Assembly: GCA_963804645.1 (NCBI GenBank)
Contig: CAWDRG010000017.1
Coordinates: 96,001 to 160,000 of the forward strand
Length of the DNA stretch: 64,000 nucleotides
Reading direction: 5' to 3'
Origin: an uncultured Bacillota bacterium
GTDB taxonomy: Bacteria; Sysuimicrobiota; Sysuimicrobiia; Sysuimicrobiales; Segetimicrobiaceae
Shown here piece after piece: positions 31,135 to 41,332 of the stretch. Made by a program: the position numbers and the translations under genes. Below the pieces are notes generated by a model. It did no database searches. It was not told the DNA's origin and was given only the letters and a program-made list of their open reading frames with translations. Numbering within the stretch: the first letter of the stretch is position 1; every line of letters starts with the position of its first letter.

Positions 31135-31941
31135 TTAGGGCTTTGGGAGAACCACGACGACACCTTCCATGGCCGTCGGATAGGCATCCGCGTCGTGGTT
31201 CGCGGCGGACCGCTGGTAAGCCGCCCGATACGTCGCGTGGAGCGCACAGTAGTACTGGTACACGCCGGCAGCCGAAAACGTGACCGGCGCGCTTTTCCCT
31301 CCCGGAATCGAAGGCGTCGCCGGAAACCGGTTCGGCGAGCCCGGCGTCGCTATCGCGATATGTGGGTCCGTGTCCGCGTTGTGGAAGGTGATCGTGGCGC
31401 CCTGCTGGACCACGGTCACATACGGCTGGAAGTAGTCCGCCGGGGCGACCACCGTCGCGCCGCTCTTCGGCGCGGGCGTGAACGCCGGACCCATCACCAC
31501 GAGGATCTGCTCCATCGGAATCGGGTACGGGGGTTCACCCTTGTGGGCGACGACGCGCCCGAGCTTCGCATCATACGTCGCCGCATCCGCGCCGTACAGA
31601 TCGTAGATACCCGCGCGCGTCAGCGTCGCCCGCGCAGTCTGGTTGGGCTCCACCGAGACCGGGAACCGCGATCCTTCGAGGCTCGGAGGCGCGATCGCTG
31701 CGGCAATTTGATGCGTGTGACTGTCGACGTTCTTCCATACGATCGAGTCTCCCAGGTTCGCCGTCACGAGGAACGGCTGGAAATATCCGTTGTGGACCGT
31801 TGCATCGATCGTTTTCTCAGCCGGGCCGGCGGTTGCTGAACGCACCGCCGGCGTCAGACCTCCCAAACACATCACAGACGCGGCCCCGATCAGGACGAAC
31901 GTCCGCGTCACTCGAACACACCGGTTCCAGATCCCTCGCAC
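31135..31941 (-). CDS. Exported two-domain cupredoxin
   Basis: Signal peptide and two plastocyanin-like repeats; C-terminal DPH...YYCALH...AMEG ligand set. Confidence 0.8.
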   Translation of the reverse strand: MRGIWNRCVRVTRTFVLIGAASVMCLGGLTPAVRSATAGPAEKTIDATVHNGYFQPFLVTANLGDSIVWKNVDSHTHQIAAAIAPPSLEGSRFPVSVEPNQTARATLTRAGIYDLYGADAATYDAKLGRVVAHKGEPPYPIPMEQILVVMGPAFTPAPKSGATVVAPADYFQPYVTVVQQGATITFHNADTDPHIAIATPGSPNRFPATPSIPGGKSAPVTFSAAGVYQYYCALHATYRAAYQRSAANHDADAYPTAMEGVVVVLPKP

Positions 31942-32217
31942 TATGCACCCTCCCTCGTTGTACTGCGCACAACCGCCTGGCTCGTGGTTCGTAGGGGAGA
32001 CGGCCCGCTACACGGCATCACGGGATCGATGCTCGAGCCCGTGTTCTCCTAGTTCATCAGCATTGCGCGCGTCGGAGAGGACATTCGACAGCGCCGTCCC
32101 GTAGTGGCGAGTGCGTACCGCACGGCGCGCCCCCTCCTTCACGTGCCGGCTCAACGGACGTCATGGTGTCAATACAGCCTGGGTCGATCATCGGAACGTC
32201 ATGCACCGTCCAGGGCG

Positions 32218-33393
32218 CTATGCCGCCGGCGCGGCGCGCTGCGGGAGGGTAATGCGAACCGTCGTGCCCTGCCCCTCCACGCTGTCGATAGTGAGCTGCC
32301 CGTCGTGGCGCTCCGCGATCGCCCGCGCGATCGCCAGCCCGAGGCCGTATCCGCCCCGCGCGCGCCCTCCCTGGTAGAAGGGATCGGTCACCAGCGGCAG
32401 CTCGGCCGACGGGATTCCCGGACCTTGGTCCCGAATCTGCGCGATCGCCCGCCCGCCGCGAGCCTCGACGCCCACCGACACCGTCCCGCCCGTGGGGGAG
32501 AACTGGATCGCGTTCTCAGTGATGGCCGTCAGCATGTCAGCGGCCTCGCCGGGATCGACGGCGACCCACACCGACTCGCCCTCGGCGTGGATCGACGCCC
32601 CGCGCTGGCGGGCGGCCTCCGACAGGCCGGCGACGACGTCTCTTGCGATCTCCGCAAGGTTGGCGATCGGCGATCCCGGGGTCGTGTCCCGCTCGGCGCG
32701 GGCGAGCGCCGTGAGGCGCGCCGCGAGGCCTTCGATGCGTCCCGCCTGGTGCAGAATCGTGTCGAGCGCCTCGCGTGGAGAGAGCCCGCGGCCGGAGCGC
32801 CCCAGCTCCGCGGCGGTCTTGATCACCGAAAGCGGGGTGCGCAGTTGATGAGACGCGAGCGCCACAAACTCGTTGCGCTCGCGCACGGCCTCGTCCAGCG
32901 GCCGAAGGGCCACCCCGGCAAGCGCGTATCCGACCGGAAGGGCGACCAGCCCGCCGGCGAGCGTCAGTGCCGCCAGCACGCGGAGCACTTCGGCCAGCGC
33001 TTGGCTTTCCACTTGCGCGGGCGTCGCGATGACGAGCGTGCCACGGGCGGACGGCACGCGGAGCACTGCCAACGACCCGAGCCGGGGATCGGTGATGATG
33101 CGGAGCCCGTCGCGGGATTCGTCGGCATCGACGGGTTCGGGAGTTTCCAGCAGCGGGCGGCCGCGCTCGTCGATGACGAGATACCCGGACGCGCCTGGAA
33201 CCTCCGTCGCGCGCACCGCGGCGTGTTCGAGGCGTTCGGAAAGGTGCGCGTACGTGGCGCTCCGGACCACGACGTACGCGCACGCGGACAACAAGGCCAG
33301 CACGCCCGCCACGACCAGCGCGCCGAGCACGGCAACGCGCCACCGGCTCCTGCGGAGCAGGCGCGGATGGCCCGACGGCGCCAGTTGGTTCAT
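32218..33393 (-). CDS. Membrane sensor histidine kinase
   Basis: Two TM helices, ASHQLRTPL H-box, ENAIQF, DQGPGI, GYGLGLAI. ATGA overlap with the regulator. Confidence 0.92.
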   Translation of the reverse strand: MNQLAPSGHPRLLRRSRWRVAVLGALVVAGVLALLSACAYVVVRSATYAHLSERLEHAAVRATEVPGASGYLVIDERGRPLLETPEPVDADESRDGLRIITDPRLGSLAVLRVPSARGTLVIATPAQVESQALAEVLRVLAALTLAGGLVALPVGYALAGVALRPLDEAVRERNEFVALASHQLRTPLSVIKTAAELGRSGRGLSPREALDTILHQAGRIEGLAARLTALARAERDTTPGSPIANLAEIARDVVAGLSEAARQRGASIHAEGESVWVAVDPGEAADMLTAITENAIQFSPTGGTVSVGVEARGGRAIAQIRDQGPGIPSAELPLVTDPFYQGGRARGGYGLGLAIARAIAERHDGQLTIDSVEGQGTTVRITLPQRAAPAA

Positions 33394-34079
33394 GGGGTGG
33401 CCGCGTCCTCCGTCGTCAGACGGTAGCCGTGGCCGGGAATTGCGACGATCCGTCCGGTCCACCCCGCGGTCCGCAGACGACGCCGCAGGCGGGAGACCGT
33501 GACATCGACCACGTTCGCGCGTGGCTCGTCGGTCGTGCCCCAGACCCGATCCAGAATGACATCCCGGGAGAGCAACTGGCCGCCGTGCCGCAGCAGATAC
33601 TCGAGGACCTCGAACTCACGGGGCGGGACCTCGATCCCGCGGCCGGCCACCGTGACCCGCCGCTCGGCCGGCACCACCGTGAGCGATCCTCCGGTCAGGG
33701 TCTCCGACACGACCAGATCCTGGGGACGCCGCAACAGCGCGCGGAGTCGCGCCACCAGCTCCTCGAACGCAAACGGCTTGATCAGATAGTCGTCGGCACC
33801 GGCGTCCAGTCCGGCGATCCGGTCATCGACCCCGCTCCGGGCCGTCAGGCAGAGGATCGGGGTACGCACACCCGCCTCCCGCAGTCCGCGCAGCAGCGTC
33901 AGGCCGTCGAGATTCGGCAGCATCAAGTCAAGGACGAGCGCATCAAACGCGCCGGCGCTCGCGACGTCATACGCCTCTGCGCCATCGCGCGTCCAGCGCA
34001 CGCCGTACCCGTAGCTTTCCAGCCCGCGGCGCACCACGTCTCCGAGCGCCTCGTCGTCCTCGACGAGCAGTACGTGCAT
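33390..34079 (-). CDS. OmpR/PhoB-family response regulator
   Basis: LLVEDD, LDLMLP, LTAR, DDYLIKPF, winged helix (NVVDVTVSRLRRRL, GHGY). Confidence 0.95.
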   Translation of the reverse strand: MHVLLVEDDEALGDVVRRGLESYGYGVRWTRDGAEAYDVASAGAFDALVLDLMLPNLDGLTLLRGLREAGVRTPILCLTARSGVDDRIAGLDAGADDYLIKPFAFEELVARLRALLRRPQDLVVSETLTGGSLTVVPAERRVTVAGRGIEVPPREFEVLEYLLRHGGQLLSRDVILDRVWGTTDEPRANVVDVTVSRLRRRLRTAGWTGRIVAIPGHGYRLTTEDAATP

Positions 34080-34147
34080 CGCGATCGCCACCTCCGTACG
34101 TGCATGGTAAGTATACGGGCCGCCGGCGCGCTGCACAAACCGCCCGG

Positions 34148-34813
34148 TCATCGGGGGCGTTCGGTCCCGTTGCCGGCGACCGCCCGCGCCATCCTGTACC
34201 CGCGTTCTCGCGTCGCGTCCGCGGCCCCGGATGACGGCGCCCGGCGGGTGGTCAACGTCCCCGGCGCGGCTGGCACCGCCTGTCCGATCTCCCGACCACG
34301 GCCGCGCTCCCGGTACACCAACTCTCCCCCGGAGTACCCGGTGGCCACCAACACGGCGAAGGTCAGCGCGCCAGCGATCATCGCGAGTCCCGGGCGACGC
34401 AATGTGCCCAGCGCGACGGCGACGCGCGCGGCGACCCAGAGCGCGACGAGAGCGAGCAGGACGTACCCCCAGTGCTCGTGGACCTCCACGCGCCGACCGC
34501 TGAAGAAGTGCGTGAGGTCGGGGAGATGAAGCCCCGGCGCCGCGACGGCGGCACTACCCTCGCGCTCACTCGCTTCCGGGGTGATGCGGCCGCTCAGCAC
34601 GGCCAACACCGTGCCAACCGCGCCGGCGGCGAGGCAGTACAGCCCCGCGACTCGAAACGATGACGACTTGCGCGCCCAGCCGATGATGTCGAACACCAGG
34701 GCCACCGACAAAAGCGCGACGGGAAAGTGGACGAGGATCGGGTGCAACTCCACACGCCAGTTGAAGGGAAACGGCAACCATCTGCCTCCTTGTCCAGGAT
34801 TCATCGGTAGCAC
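34148..34813 (-). CDS. DUF2231-like membrane protein, copy 1
   Basis: LHPILVHFPVAL, HEHWG, TGYSGGELVY. Confidence 0.8.
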   Translation of the reverse strand: MLPMNPGQGGRWLPFPFNWRVELHPILVHFPVALLSVALVFDIIGWARKSSSFRVAGLYCLAAGAVGTVLAVLSGRITPEASEREGSAAVAAPGLHLPDLTHFFSGRRVEVHEHWGYVLLALVALWVAARVAVALGTLRRPGLAMIAGALTFAVLVATGYSGGELVYRERGRGREIGQAVPAAPGTLTTRRAPSSGAADATRERGYRMARAVAGNGTERPR

Positions 34814-34828
34814 GATCGACCGCGACCC

Positions 34829-34860
34829 AGTCTATCCGGGTGCGATGACAGATCGATGAC
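34829..34860 (-). promoter_or_regulatory. Direct-repeat box promoter A (DUF2231-RR-HK operon)
   Basis: GTCATC-gatct-GTCATC-N9-TAGACT. Confidence 0.75.
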
Positions 34861-35487
34861 ACGGGCGCTCGGGATCGAGCGTCTGGTCGTGCTCTCTGGC
34901 GACCATCAACAGGCCGTCGATGCGGTGACGAGGCAACTCGGTCTTGATGAGGGGCGAGGCGATCTGCTGCCGGAGGATAAGGTGGCGCCGTTGAGGCGCT
35001 GGAGGCGTCGGGGCGGCCACAATGGTCGGCGACGGCATGAAGACGCACCCGCCCTGGCGGCGGCTACCGTCGGGATCGCCATGGGCGCGGCCGGCACGGA
35101 CGCAGCAACGGAGACCGCGGACGTCGTCCTCATGGGCGACAATCTTGGTCGGCTCCCCTACGCGATCGGGCTGAGCCGTCAGGTCCGCCGGGTCATCGCT
35201 CAAAACCTTGTGTTCGCATTTTGCGTCGTGGCCGTGCTGGTGACCGTCGTGCTGGTCACGGGCTACGGCTGGCGTTCGGCGTCGTGGGCCACGAGGGCAT
35301 CACGGTGGTGGTGGTGGTGGTGGTGGTGGTGCTGAACGGACTTCGGCTTCTCGGGTACGACTCGTCCCCGTCGGCAACCGACATCGTGTCCCATTCCGGC
35401 ATAGCATCCGCCCGCGGCGGCCCACCGGCCGTGAACGCGTTGCCTCACCCGCACATGCCGCCGTCGGCCGGCCCCCGTTGCTCGTGA
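34856..35487 (+). pseudogene. C-terminal remnant of a heavy-metal P1B-type ATPase
   Basis: LSGD, LLPEDK, frameshifted MVGDG..DAPALA, GIAMGAAGTD, HEGIT..LNGLRLL. No N-terminal part. Confidence 0.8.
35305..35331 (+). repeat. (GTG)9 microsatellite
   Basis: Nine perfect GTG units read directly. Confidence 0.9.
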
Positions 35488-35618
35488 CGTTTGTTGTGCA
35501 GCTGTCGGAGGTCCTAGACGGTGGACCCTACGGCTTCAGCGACACAGGGTATGCCCAAACGCCGTGCCCGGAACCGCCGGTGGAGGAATTGAGAGCGCCC
35601 GTGTCGCCGCACGTCCAC

Positions 35619-35650
35619 GTCATCGGGCCGTCATCCTCACCCGCTACGCT
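35619..35650 (+). promoter_or_regulatory. Direct-repeat box promoter B
   Basis: GTCATC-gggcc-GTCATC-N9-TACGCT. Confidence 0.75.
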
Positions 35651-35685
35651 GGGATCGATTGGCGACGGGCGCCAGCGGAGGGCGT

Positions 35686-35961
35686 ATGGGGACTCAACGC
35701 GACACCACCGACCTGGTGATCGCCGAAGCGCGCTTGCAGATCGTCCGGGTGCACCGACGCGAGTGGCGCAGGGTCCAGCGCCGCCTCGAGCGGCACGCCA
35801 ACCCTCCGGTGAGCCCTCCGCGCGACCCGAACGGTCCATGGACGGCCGCATGCGAACGCCGAACAGGCACGCATCGTCGTCCGCCCCCTCTCGACAACCC
35901 GATCACGTGTGCAGTGACTCGATCTCGCGCAGTCGATCAAGCTCGTGCCCCGCGGCGGTGA
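35686..35961 (+). CDS. Small Arg-rich hypothetical protein, copy 1
   Basis: GGAGG RBS; MGTQRDTTDLVIAEARLQIVRVHRREWRRVQRRLER; paralogue at 44547. Confidence 0.6.
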   Translation: MGTQRDTTDLVIAEARLQIVRVHRREWRRVQRRLERHANPPVSPPRDPNGPWTAACERRTGTHRRPPPLDNPITCAVTRSRAVDQARAPRR

Positions 35962-36175
35962 TCGCCTTCGGGGTTACGGCGCGGGTATCCACCATGGCAT
36001 CAACACGGCGATATCCTGGGAGGCATGCTCGCGAGCAGCGCGGTCGTGGCGCCCCGAGCCCGTGGTCTGTTGGAGCCGATGCTGAAGGGCGCTCGTCGGA
36101 CGGCTCGGCGTCTGCGTTTCGGGTAACTATGGACGGCGTGCCGGGGGCCGGGATGGGAAGTCTCGAACGACCGTA

Positions 36176-37036
36176 ATGCTCCTTGGCCCGCTCTACCGGA
36201 TCTACGAAGCACGACTCCTAACGAGTCTGCGAGATGGACCCCTTCCCAAGCACGTTGGCCTCATCCTTGACGGCAACCGCCGCTATGCGGAGCAATCGGG
36301 GCGGTCGAGCGCCGACGCGTACCAGCGAGGGGCCGACAAGGTTGACGACGTCCTCAAGTGGTGTGATGAACTCGGGATTGCCCAGGTCACGGTGTGGGTG
36401 CTCTCCATCGAAAATCTCAACCGTCCTGTCGAGGAAATGCAGCCTCTGCTTGATGTGATCGAGCGGAAGATTGCGGCGTTGGCCGGGCATCCGGTGACGA
36501 CACGACACGGACGTCGCATCCGCGCGGTCGGTCACCTGGAGGCGCTCCCGCCATCCCTTCGGCAGACGATCGCTGAGGCGGAGCGGCGCACCGCGGGGCA
36601 TGATACCTGCGTCCTGAACCTCGCCGTCGGATACAGCGGCCGGCAGGAGATCACCGATGCGGTCCGGGCGCTGGTGCGGGCTCACTACCGGCCGGGCATC
36701 ACCATCGAGGACCTGATGGCGCACCTTACCCTCGAAGAGATCGGGTGCCACATGTACGCTGGGAGCGACGACGATCCTGATCTGATCATTCGAACCAGCG
36801 GGGAGATCCGATTGAGTGGTTTCCTGCTGTGGCAAAGCGTCTACAGCGAGTATTACTTCTGTGATGTCTACTGGCCCGCGTTCCGCAAGGTGGACTTCTT
36901 GCGGGCGCTTCGCAGCTATCAGCAGCGACAGCGTCGGTTTGGTCGTAGTAGAGCGGGCATGTCGGGCGGCATGGCGCACCTCGACGCGGGCGATCGGATG
37001 CCCGACATCGGTATTATGCTCCGCGCGCCGCGCTGA
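36176..37036 (+). CDS. cis-Isoprenyl diphosphate synthase (UppS / short-chain Z-prenyltransferase family)
   Basis: HVGLILDGNRR, SIENLNRP, PDLIIRTSGEIRLSGFLLWQ, RRFG. Confidence 0.92.
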   Translation: MLLGPLYRIYEARLLTSLRDGPLPKHVGLILDGNRRYAEQSGRSSADAYQRGADKVDDVLKWCDELGIAQVTVWVLSIENLNRPVEEMQPLLDVIERKIAALAGHPVTTRHGRRIRAVGHLEALPPSLRQTIAEAERRTAGHDTCVLNLAVGYSGRQEITDAVRALVRAHYRPGITIEDLMAHLTLEEIGCHMYAGSDDDPDLIIRTSGEIRLSGFLLWQSVYSEYYFCDVYWPAFRKVDFLRALRSYQQRQRRFGRSRAGMSGGMAHLDAGDRMPDIGIMLRAPR

Positions 37037-37262
37037 TATGCGCGAGCGTCGAGCGGGGCGAACCGGCGGGGAGAAAAGCCGCGGCCCGAGGCATCACGAC
37101 TGGGGGGAGGAACGTCGATGACACCAAGGGCCGCGGCGTATTGCCGAATGTGAGCAAGGTGGGGCCGAGCGACGTCCTGCCCGCCCAGGCGGCCCTCGCG
37201 CGGGAGCTCCCTGGTGATGTACAGCATCGGGAGGCGGGCGATCTCATAATGTTCTTGGCATT

Positions 37263-38603
37263 TCATCGCGCTTGTGCGGCGTCCAGCGCCGCCTGCAGCT
37301 GGGTATCCACGCCGCGCTCCATGTCGGCCTCCGTGAGCGTCACGGGAACGTCGGGTGAGAGTCCCACGCCCTCAACCCGCGCGCCTCGAGGGGTGGTAAT
37401 CCGCTCGACCGTCACGGACATCCCACCCTCCGGGAGGGGGACCTCAACCGCCCCACCTAGAGCGCCCGCAGTCTTCTCTCCCACGATCGTCGCTCGATGA
37501 TAGTCCCTGAACGCGCCGGTCACGATCTCCGCGGCGGAGGCGGTGCCCGCATCGACCAGAACAGCGAGGGGAACCTCGGCGAGGAGGCCCACCCCCCGCG
37601 CCGTGAGCACGCCAGTCCCGTTCCGCGGGTCCGTCACATTCGCCAGCGCGGTCCCGGACGGGAGGAACAGGCCGCCGACGCGCGCCGCTTCGGTGATGAG
37701 GCCGCCGGGGTTGCCGCGCAGGTCGAGGATGACGGCGCGCAGCGGAGCCTGCATGGCGAGTTCCTGAAGGGCGGCGTTCAGATCGCGTCCGGCTCCCTGG
37801 CTGAACTGGAAGAGGCGGACGTAGGCGATGCCGGGCTGGATGAACCGGGCTTCCACGGCTCCCGATTGGATGGGGGCCCGGACGACCGACATCTGCAGGG
37901 TCTGCTGGCCCCGCAGCACAGTGAGGGCCACCGTCGTGCCGGCCGGACCGCGGACTGCCTGGCTCGCCTCCGCGGGGGTCGCATCCCGAAGGGACGTGGT
38001 GCCGGCCTGCACGATCCGGTCGAAGCGTTGGATGCCCGCGGCTTCAGCGGGGGATCCCGGCACCACGTCGTCGACAAAGACCCAGCGCACGCCGGCGCCG
38101 TCGGTCCGTCCCGTGATCCGGACGCCGATGCCGGTGAACACCGACGCTCCTGCCAGTACCTGCTGAGACGCCGCGAACTGGCTCGGAGTCAGGAAGTAGG
38201 TGTGGGTGTCGTGCAGGGAGTTGAGCATCCCCTGGGTCGCGGCATACGCCAGTTTCGTCTCGGCCTGCGGGTCCGCCTGAGCGGCGCGCGAAAACTCCGT
38301 CACAAACGCGGCGTCCGCCTCCTGCTCCGTAGCCGTGCTCGGGATATCCGGGAGGATCGCGGCGCTCTCATGGGTAGCCGTCCGCACGGTCGCGAGCGCC
38401 GCGTTCAGCAGGTCGACCGGATGCACGGGCTCCGCATAGTTCCGTTCGAGCACCTGGAGTGCTGACACGACGAGCGACCCGTCGGCCGCCCTGGCCGGGA
38501 CCACCTGGGCCAGCAGCGCCAGCACTATCACGAGGGCCGACGCCGCGAGAGTGCCGCGCGACCACGCGGACCGCGCATGACCCAACTTCCCCGGCATGTT
38601 CAT
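37263..38603 (-). CDS. S41 family C-terminal processing peptidase (PDZ)
   Basis: Signal peptide, GIG PDZ, DLRGNPGG, TASAAE, GVGLSPD. Confidence 0.9.
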   Translation of the reverse strand: MNMPGKLGHARSAWSRGTLAASALVIVLALLAQVVPARAADGSLVVSALQVLERNYAEPVHPVDLLNAALATVRTATHESAAILPDIPSTATEQEADAAFVTEFSRAAQADPQAETKLAYAATQGMLNSLHDTHTYFLTPSQFAASQQVLAGASVFTGIGVRITGRTDGAGVRWVFVDDVVPGSPAEAAGIQRFDRIVQAGTTSLRDATPAEASQAVRGPAGTTVALTVLRGQQTLQMSVVRAPIQSGAVEARFIQPGIAYVRLFQFSQGAGRDLNAALQELAMQAPLRAVILDLRGNPGGLITEAARVGGLFLPSGTALANVTDPRNGTGVLTARGVGLLAEVPLAVLVDAGTASAAEIVTGAFRDYHRATIVGEKTAGALGGAVEVPLPEGGMSVTVERITTPRGARVEGVGLSPDVPVTLTEADMERGVDTQLQAALDAAQAR

Positions 38604-38651
38604 TCTGAGACCTCCTCGTCCCACCCGGCGCATGTGCCGGAGGTACCCGCG

Positions 38652-39328
38652 CTACGGTGCGCGCTGCGCAGTAAACTGAATCTCCAGTTCCACCTGGTTC
38701 TGGGCCTGGAGCACCCCCAGGAGGGACGGCGGATCGAACCCGAAATCCGTCATCAGGACGCTCGTGGTGGCGTCGCCGGTCAGCGTCTGGCCGTTGAGCG
38801 TGACCGTGCCGGTGAAGTGACCGGCTTGGTGACGCCGTGGACCTCGAGGGTGCCGGCGATCCGGACGGGGATCACCCGGCCGTCCACGTAGGCAGCTCGG
38901 GAGGCCGTCGATCGAGGTTGGCGTGAACACCGCGGTCGGGTACCGCCCGGACTCGAGCCAGCGGTTCTGGATTTCCCGGTCGCGGCGGCGGCTGTCCGAG
39001 GTGAGCTGGCTGATGTTGACGGTGATCGGGCCGATCCGGCTCTGCGACGGGTGGGCCCGATCGACCAGGATCTGGCCCTGGATCCCGTGCGTCGTCCCAA
39101 CCGCGACTTGAATTGATTGTTCCGGTTGAAGAACGTCTCGCCGACGCGGTACAGCGCCTGCGACGCCGACGAATCGATCGCGAACCGTTCCACGCCTGCT
39201 ACGGCGGGCGCCGGGACGGGCGCGGCCGCGAGCGCGCCGCCGGACGGCATCCAGGCGGCGAAAAGGGGCGTCAGCGTCAACAGGCCCACGCGGCGCCGCA
39301 GGTATGTCAATCCGGTCCAAGGGTGCAT
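38652..39328 (-). CDS. YceI-family polyisoprenoid-binding protein, copy 1 (frameshifted)
   Basis: YRVGETF, LTSDSRRRD, LESGRYPTAVF, GTLEVHGVTKPV, MTDFGFDPP spread over several frames. Confidence 0.8.
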
Positions 39329-39455
39329 GCCGAGTGCTCCTTTCATGCGCCGGGGTGTGCCGAGCGTCCGCGCGATCGCGCGGCTCGAATAACAGTCCAA
39401 TCGGCTATCCTCTTCCGTTCCCGTACAACCTCAGTCGTCTCGCCTCCAATGGCCT

Positions 39456-39487
39456 AACGTACCTCGGCGAGATGACATCCGGATGAC
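39456..39487 (-). promoter_or_regulatory. Direct-repeat box promoter C (YceI-S41)
   Basis: GTCATC-cggat-GTCATC-N9-TACGTT. Confidence 0.75.
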
Positions 39488-39851
39488 ACGGGTCGCTCGC
39501 ACGATCGAGCCGATGTCCGAGATTCCTGCCCTTCGCAGAACCGTGTTCGGGGCGGCACGCAGGTCGAGTCGCGCGCGCGTCCAGATCGTGATGGTTGACA
39601 AGAACGGCTTGCACGGCACGCCCGTGTGGCTGATGGGCATCAGTATCGATACTCCGACGCGCAAACGGAAGTCCGGTGAGCGCGTGCGTCTCGTCGCGCC
39701 GTGGAAGTATCATCGCTGCGTTACCAGCCCTGTGGAAAGCCCGACACACGCTGTTACTGAACCGCCGTGTCCGGGAGCGCCGCCCGGGCAGCCCTGGCGC
39801 GGCGCCGGCCCACAACTGGAGAATCTAGGTCGTGAGTAGCCCGGCGTGGCT

Positions 39852-39883
39852 GTCATCGGTCCGTCATCCTCAGCCGTTAGGCT
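39852..39883 (+). promoter_or_regulatory. Direct-repeat box promoter D
   Basis: GTCATC-ggtcc-GTCATC-N9-TAGGCT. Confidence 0.75.
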
Positions 39884-39917
39884 GGGATCGATTGAGGGCA
39901 CTGGAGGTGACACCACC

Positions 39918-40570
39918 GTGAGTGCAGAACGCGCCCCCTGGAAAATCGTCGTGTTGGCGCTGACCGCCGTGGTCGGCCTGGGGCTCGGGATCGACGGCGC
40001 CCGCGCGCCGGCGCTAAATCCGGCGCTCGCCGGTATCGGGAGCGCTGCGCCGGCGGCCGGGAGCACCGGCACCGCCGGATCCGCCTCGCCCCGCGCTCAT
40101 GGCGGCAGCGCTCCGTCATCTGCCTGCCCGGCCGAGGACCAACCGCAGGCGCTGGCGAGGAGGCGGGCGAGCGCGGAAACGCCGAACACGGTGAGACGCT
40201 CGCAGCCTCGTCGCAGACTGCGCCGGCCGGGACGCCCTCCGGTTCGCCGCCTCCGGCGGTCGGCCCGCTGCTGTCGGAGATGTGGTACGCGTCTCGCGCC
40301 TATCAAGTGTATCCTGCGATGCCGTCCGCTCAGACGGACCGCGCCTTGACCGGTTTCCGGCTCTCGTTCCAGGATGTAAGTCCGACGTCCGCGAAAGTCA
40401 CGGTGACGGACCTCCAGGACAACACGACGCAAACCGCCACGTTCGGTCGCACCGACCGCCTCTACTTCATCGAAACACGAATGGGGGATGATGGCTTTGA
40501 TGGCGAGACAAACCTTTCCGACGATGGATTCGTCCTCACGGACGCCCAAGGCCACATCATCAGCCACTAG
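39918..40570 (+). CDS. Exported hypothetical protein with acidic C-terminal domain, copy 1 (frameshift in linker)
   Basis: GGAGG RBS, GTG start, N-terminal hydrophobic helix, Ala/Pro linker; C-domain (40280-40570 frame) homologous to 43669-44397. Confidence 0.65.
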
Positions 40571-40591
40571 CGACCGGCGGCTCGGCCCTGC

Positions 40592-41332
40592 CTGATCGCC
40601 AGGTTGGCGACCGGGCTCATCCTGTGATGCTTCGGCGTTTGGGAGCTCGCCGGCCCGAGCCAATGGACGGGCTATGTGCCGCAGTTCCTGGCGAACATCG
40701 CCTCGCCAATGTTGCTCGTCGTCCTCCATGGGTGGATTTTGTTCCTGCTCGGCGCAGCGGCGCTGATCGATTTCGCGCCGGTGGTCACTGCATGGATCGC
40801 GGTCGTGGTCGTGGCGGAGGTCGCCGGCGGGCTGGCACTGACGAGCGGGTTCACCGAGATCCTCGTCCGGGACGTTGGGCTCCTCGCCCTGGCGCTAGTA
40901 TGGGCGCTGGAGAGCAAACGCCGCGAGATGCATGCGCGGCGAATCAACTCGGAACGGCGTAGCCGGGTCGTGGGCGATCGACGAGCCGCCGGGGTGGGGC
41001 TATTCGAGCGCGCGCAGGCACTCGACGACGTACCGATCTACATTCACCCGGCCGACCTTCCGGTATGCGATACGGGACATTTACTTCAAAAAATATCAAG
41101 GATTGGCGCGCACGGCATGAGGGTGGGCGCTCGACACCGGCACACATCTCCTCCGGCTTATGTGTCGCGGGCTGCGACGCCTATCCCATGGCACGAAGCA
41201 TCGTGGGACATATCCGGAAGCGTGCAACCATACAATTACCGCCGGGAGCCATCGGGCGACCGCCGAGCCCGACCTGGTGCCATGGCTCGGGCGCCGGGCA
41301 AGCTGCACCCGATGACGACGATCGGCGGGTGA
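40592..41332 (+). pseudogene. DoxX-like membrane protein, copy 1 (in-frame TGA at 40625, no clear start)
   Basis: LIARLATGLIL*CFGVWELAGPSQWTGYVP...HGW...ILVRDVGLLALA; aligns with 43052-43672. Confidence 0.65.

Noticed and set aside
32188..32204. Near-match to the box (ATCATC-N5-GTCATG) upstream of the cupredoxin
   Set aside because: Two mismatches, orientation opposite to the gene and no -10 at the 9-nt spacing. Not counted, though weak binding is possible.
35263..35454. ORFs with poly-His or poly-Trp runs
   Set aside because: Alternative-frame readings of the (GTG)9 tract.
39483..39839. 118-aa ORF between boxes C and D
   Set aside because: No recognisable motif or RBS, and its start overlaps box C. 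Cannot be supported.
40625..40627. In-frame TGA in the DoxX-like gene as possible selenocysteine
   Set aside because: It aligns with Val in the paralogue, not Cys, and the start codon is also missing. A nonsense mutation is simpler.
41025..41075. VPIYIHPADLP, resembling a metallo-beta-lactamase fragment
   Set aside because: Too short and no other motifs; at most a small remnant.
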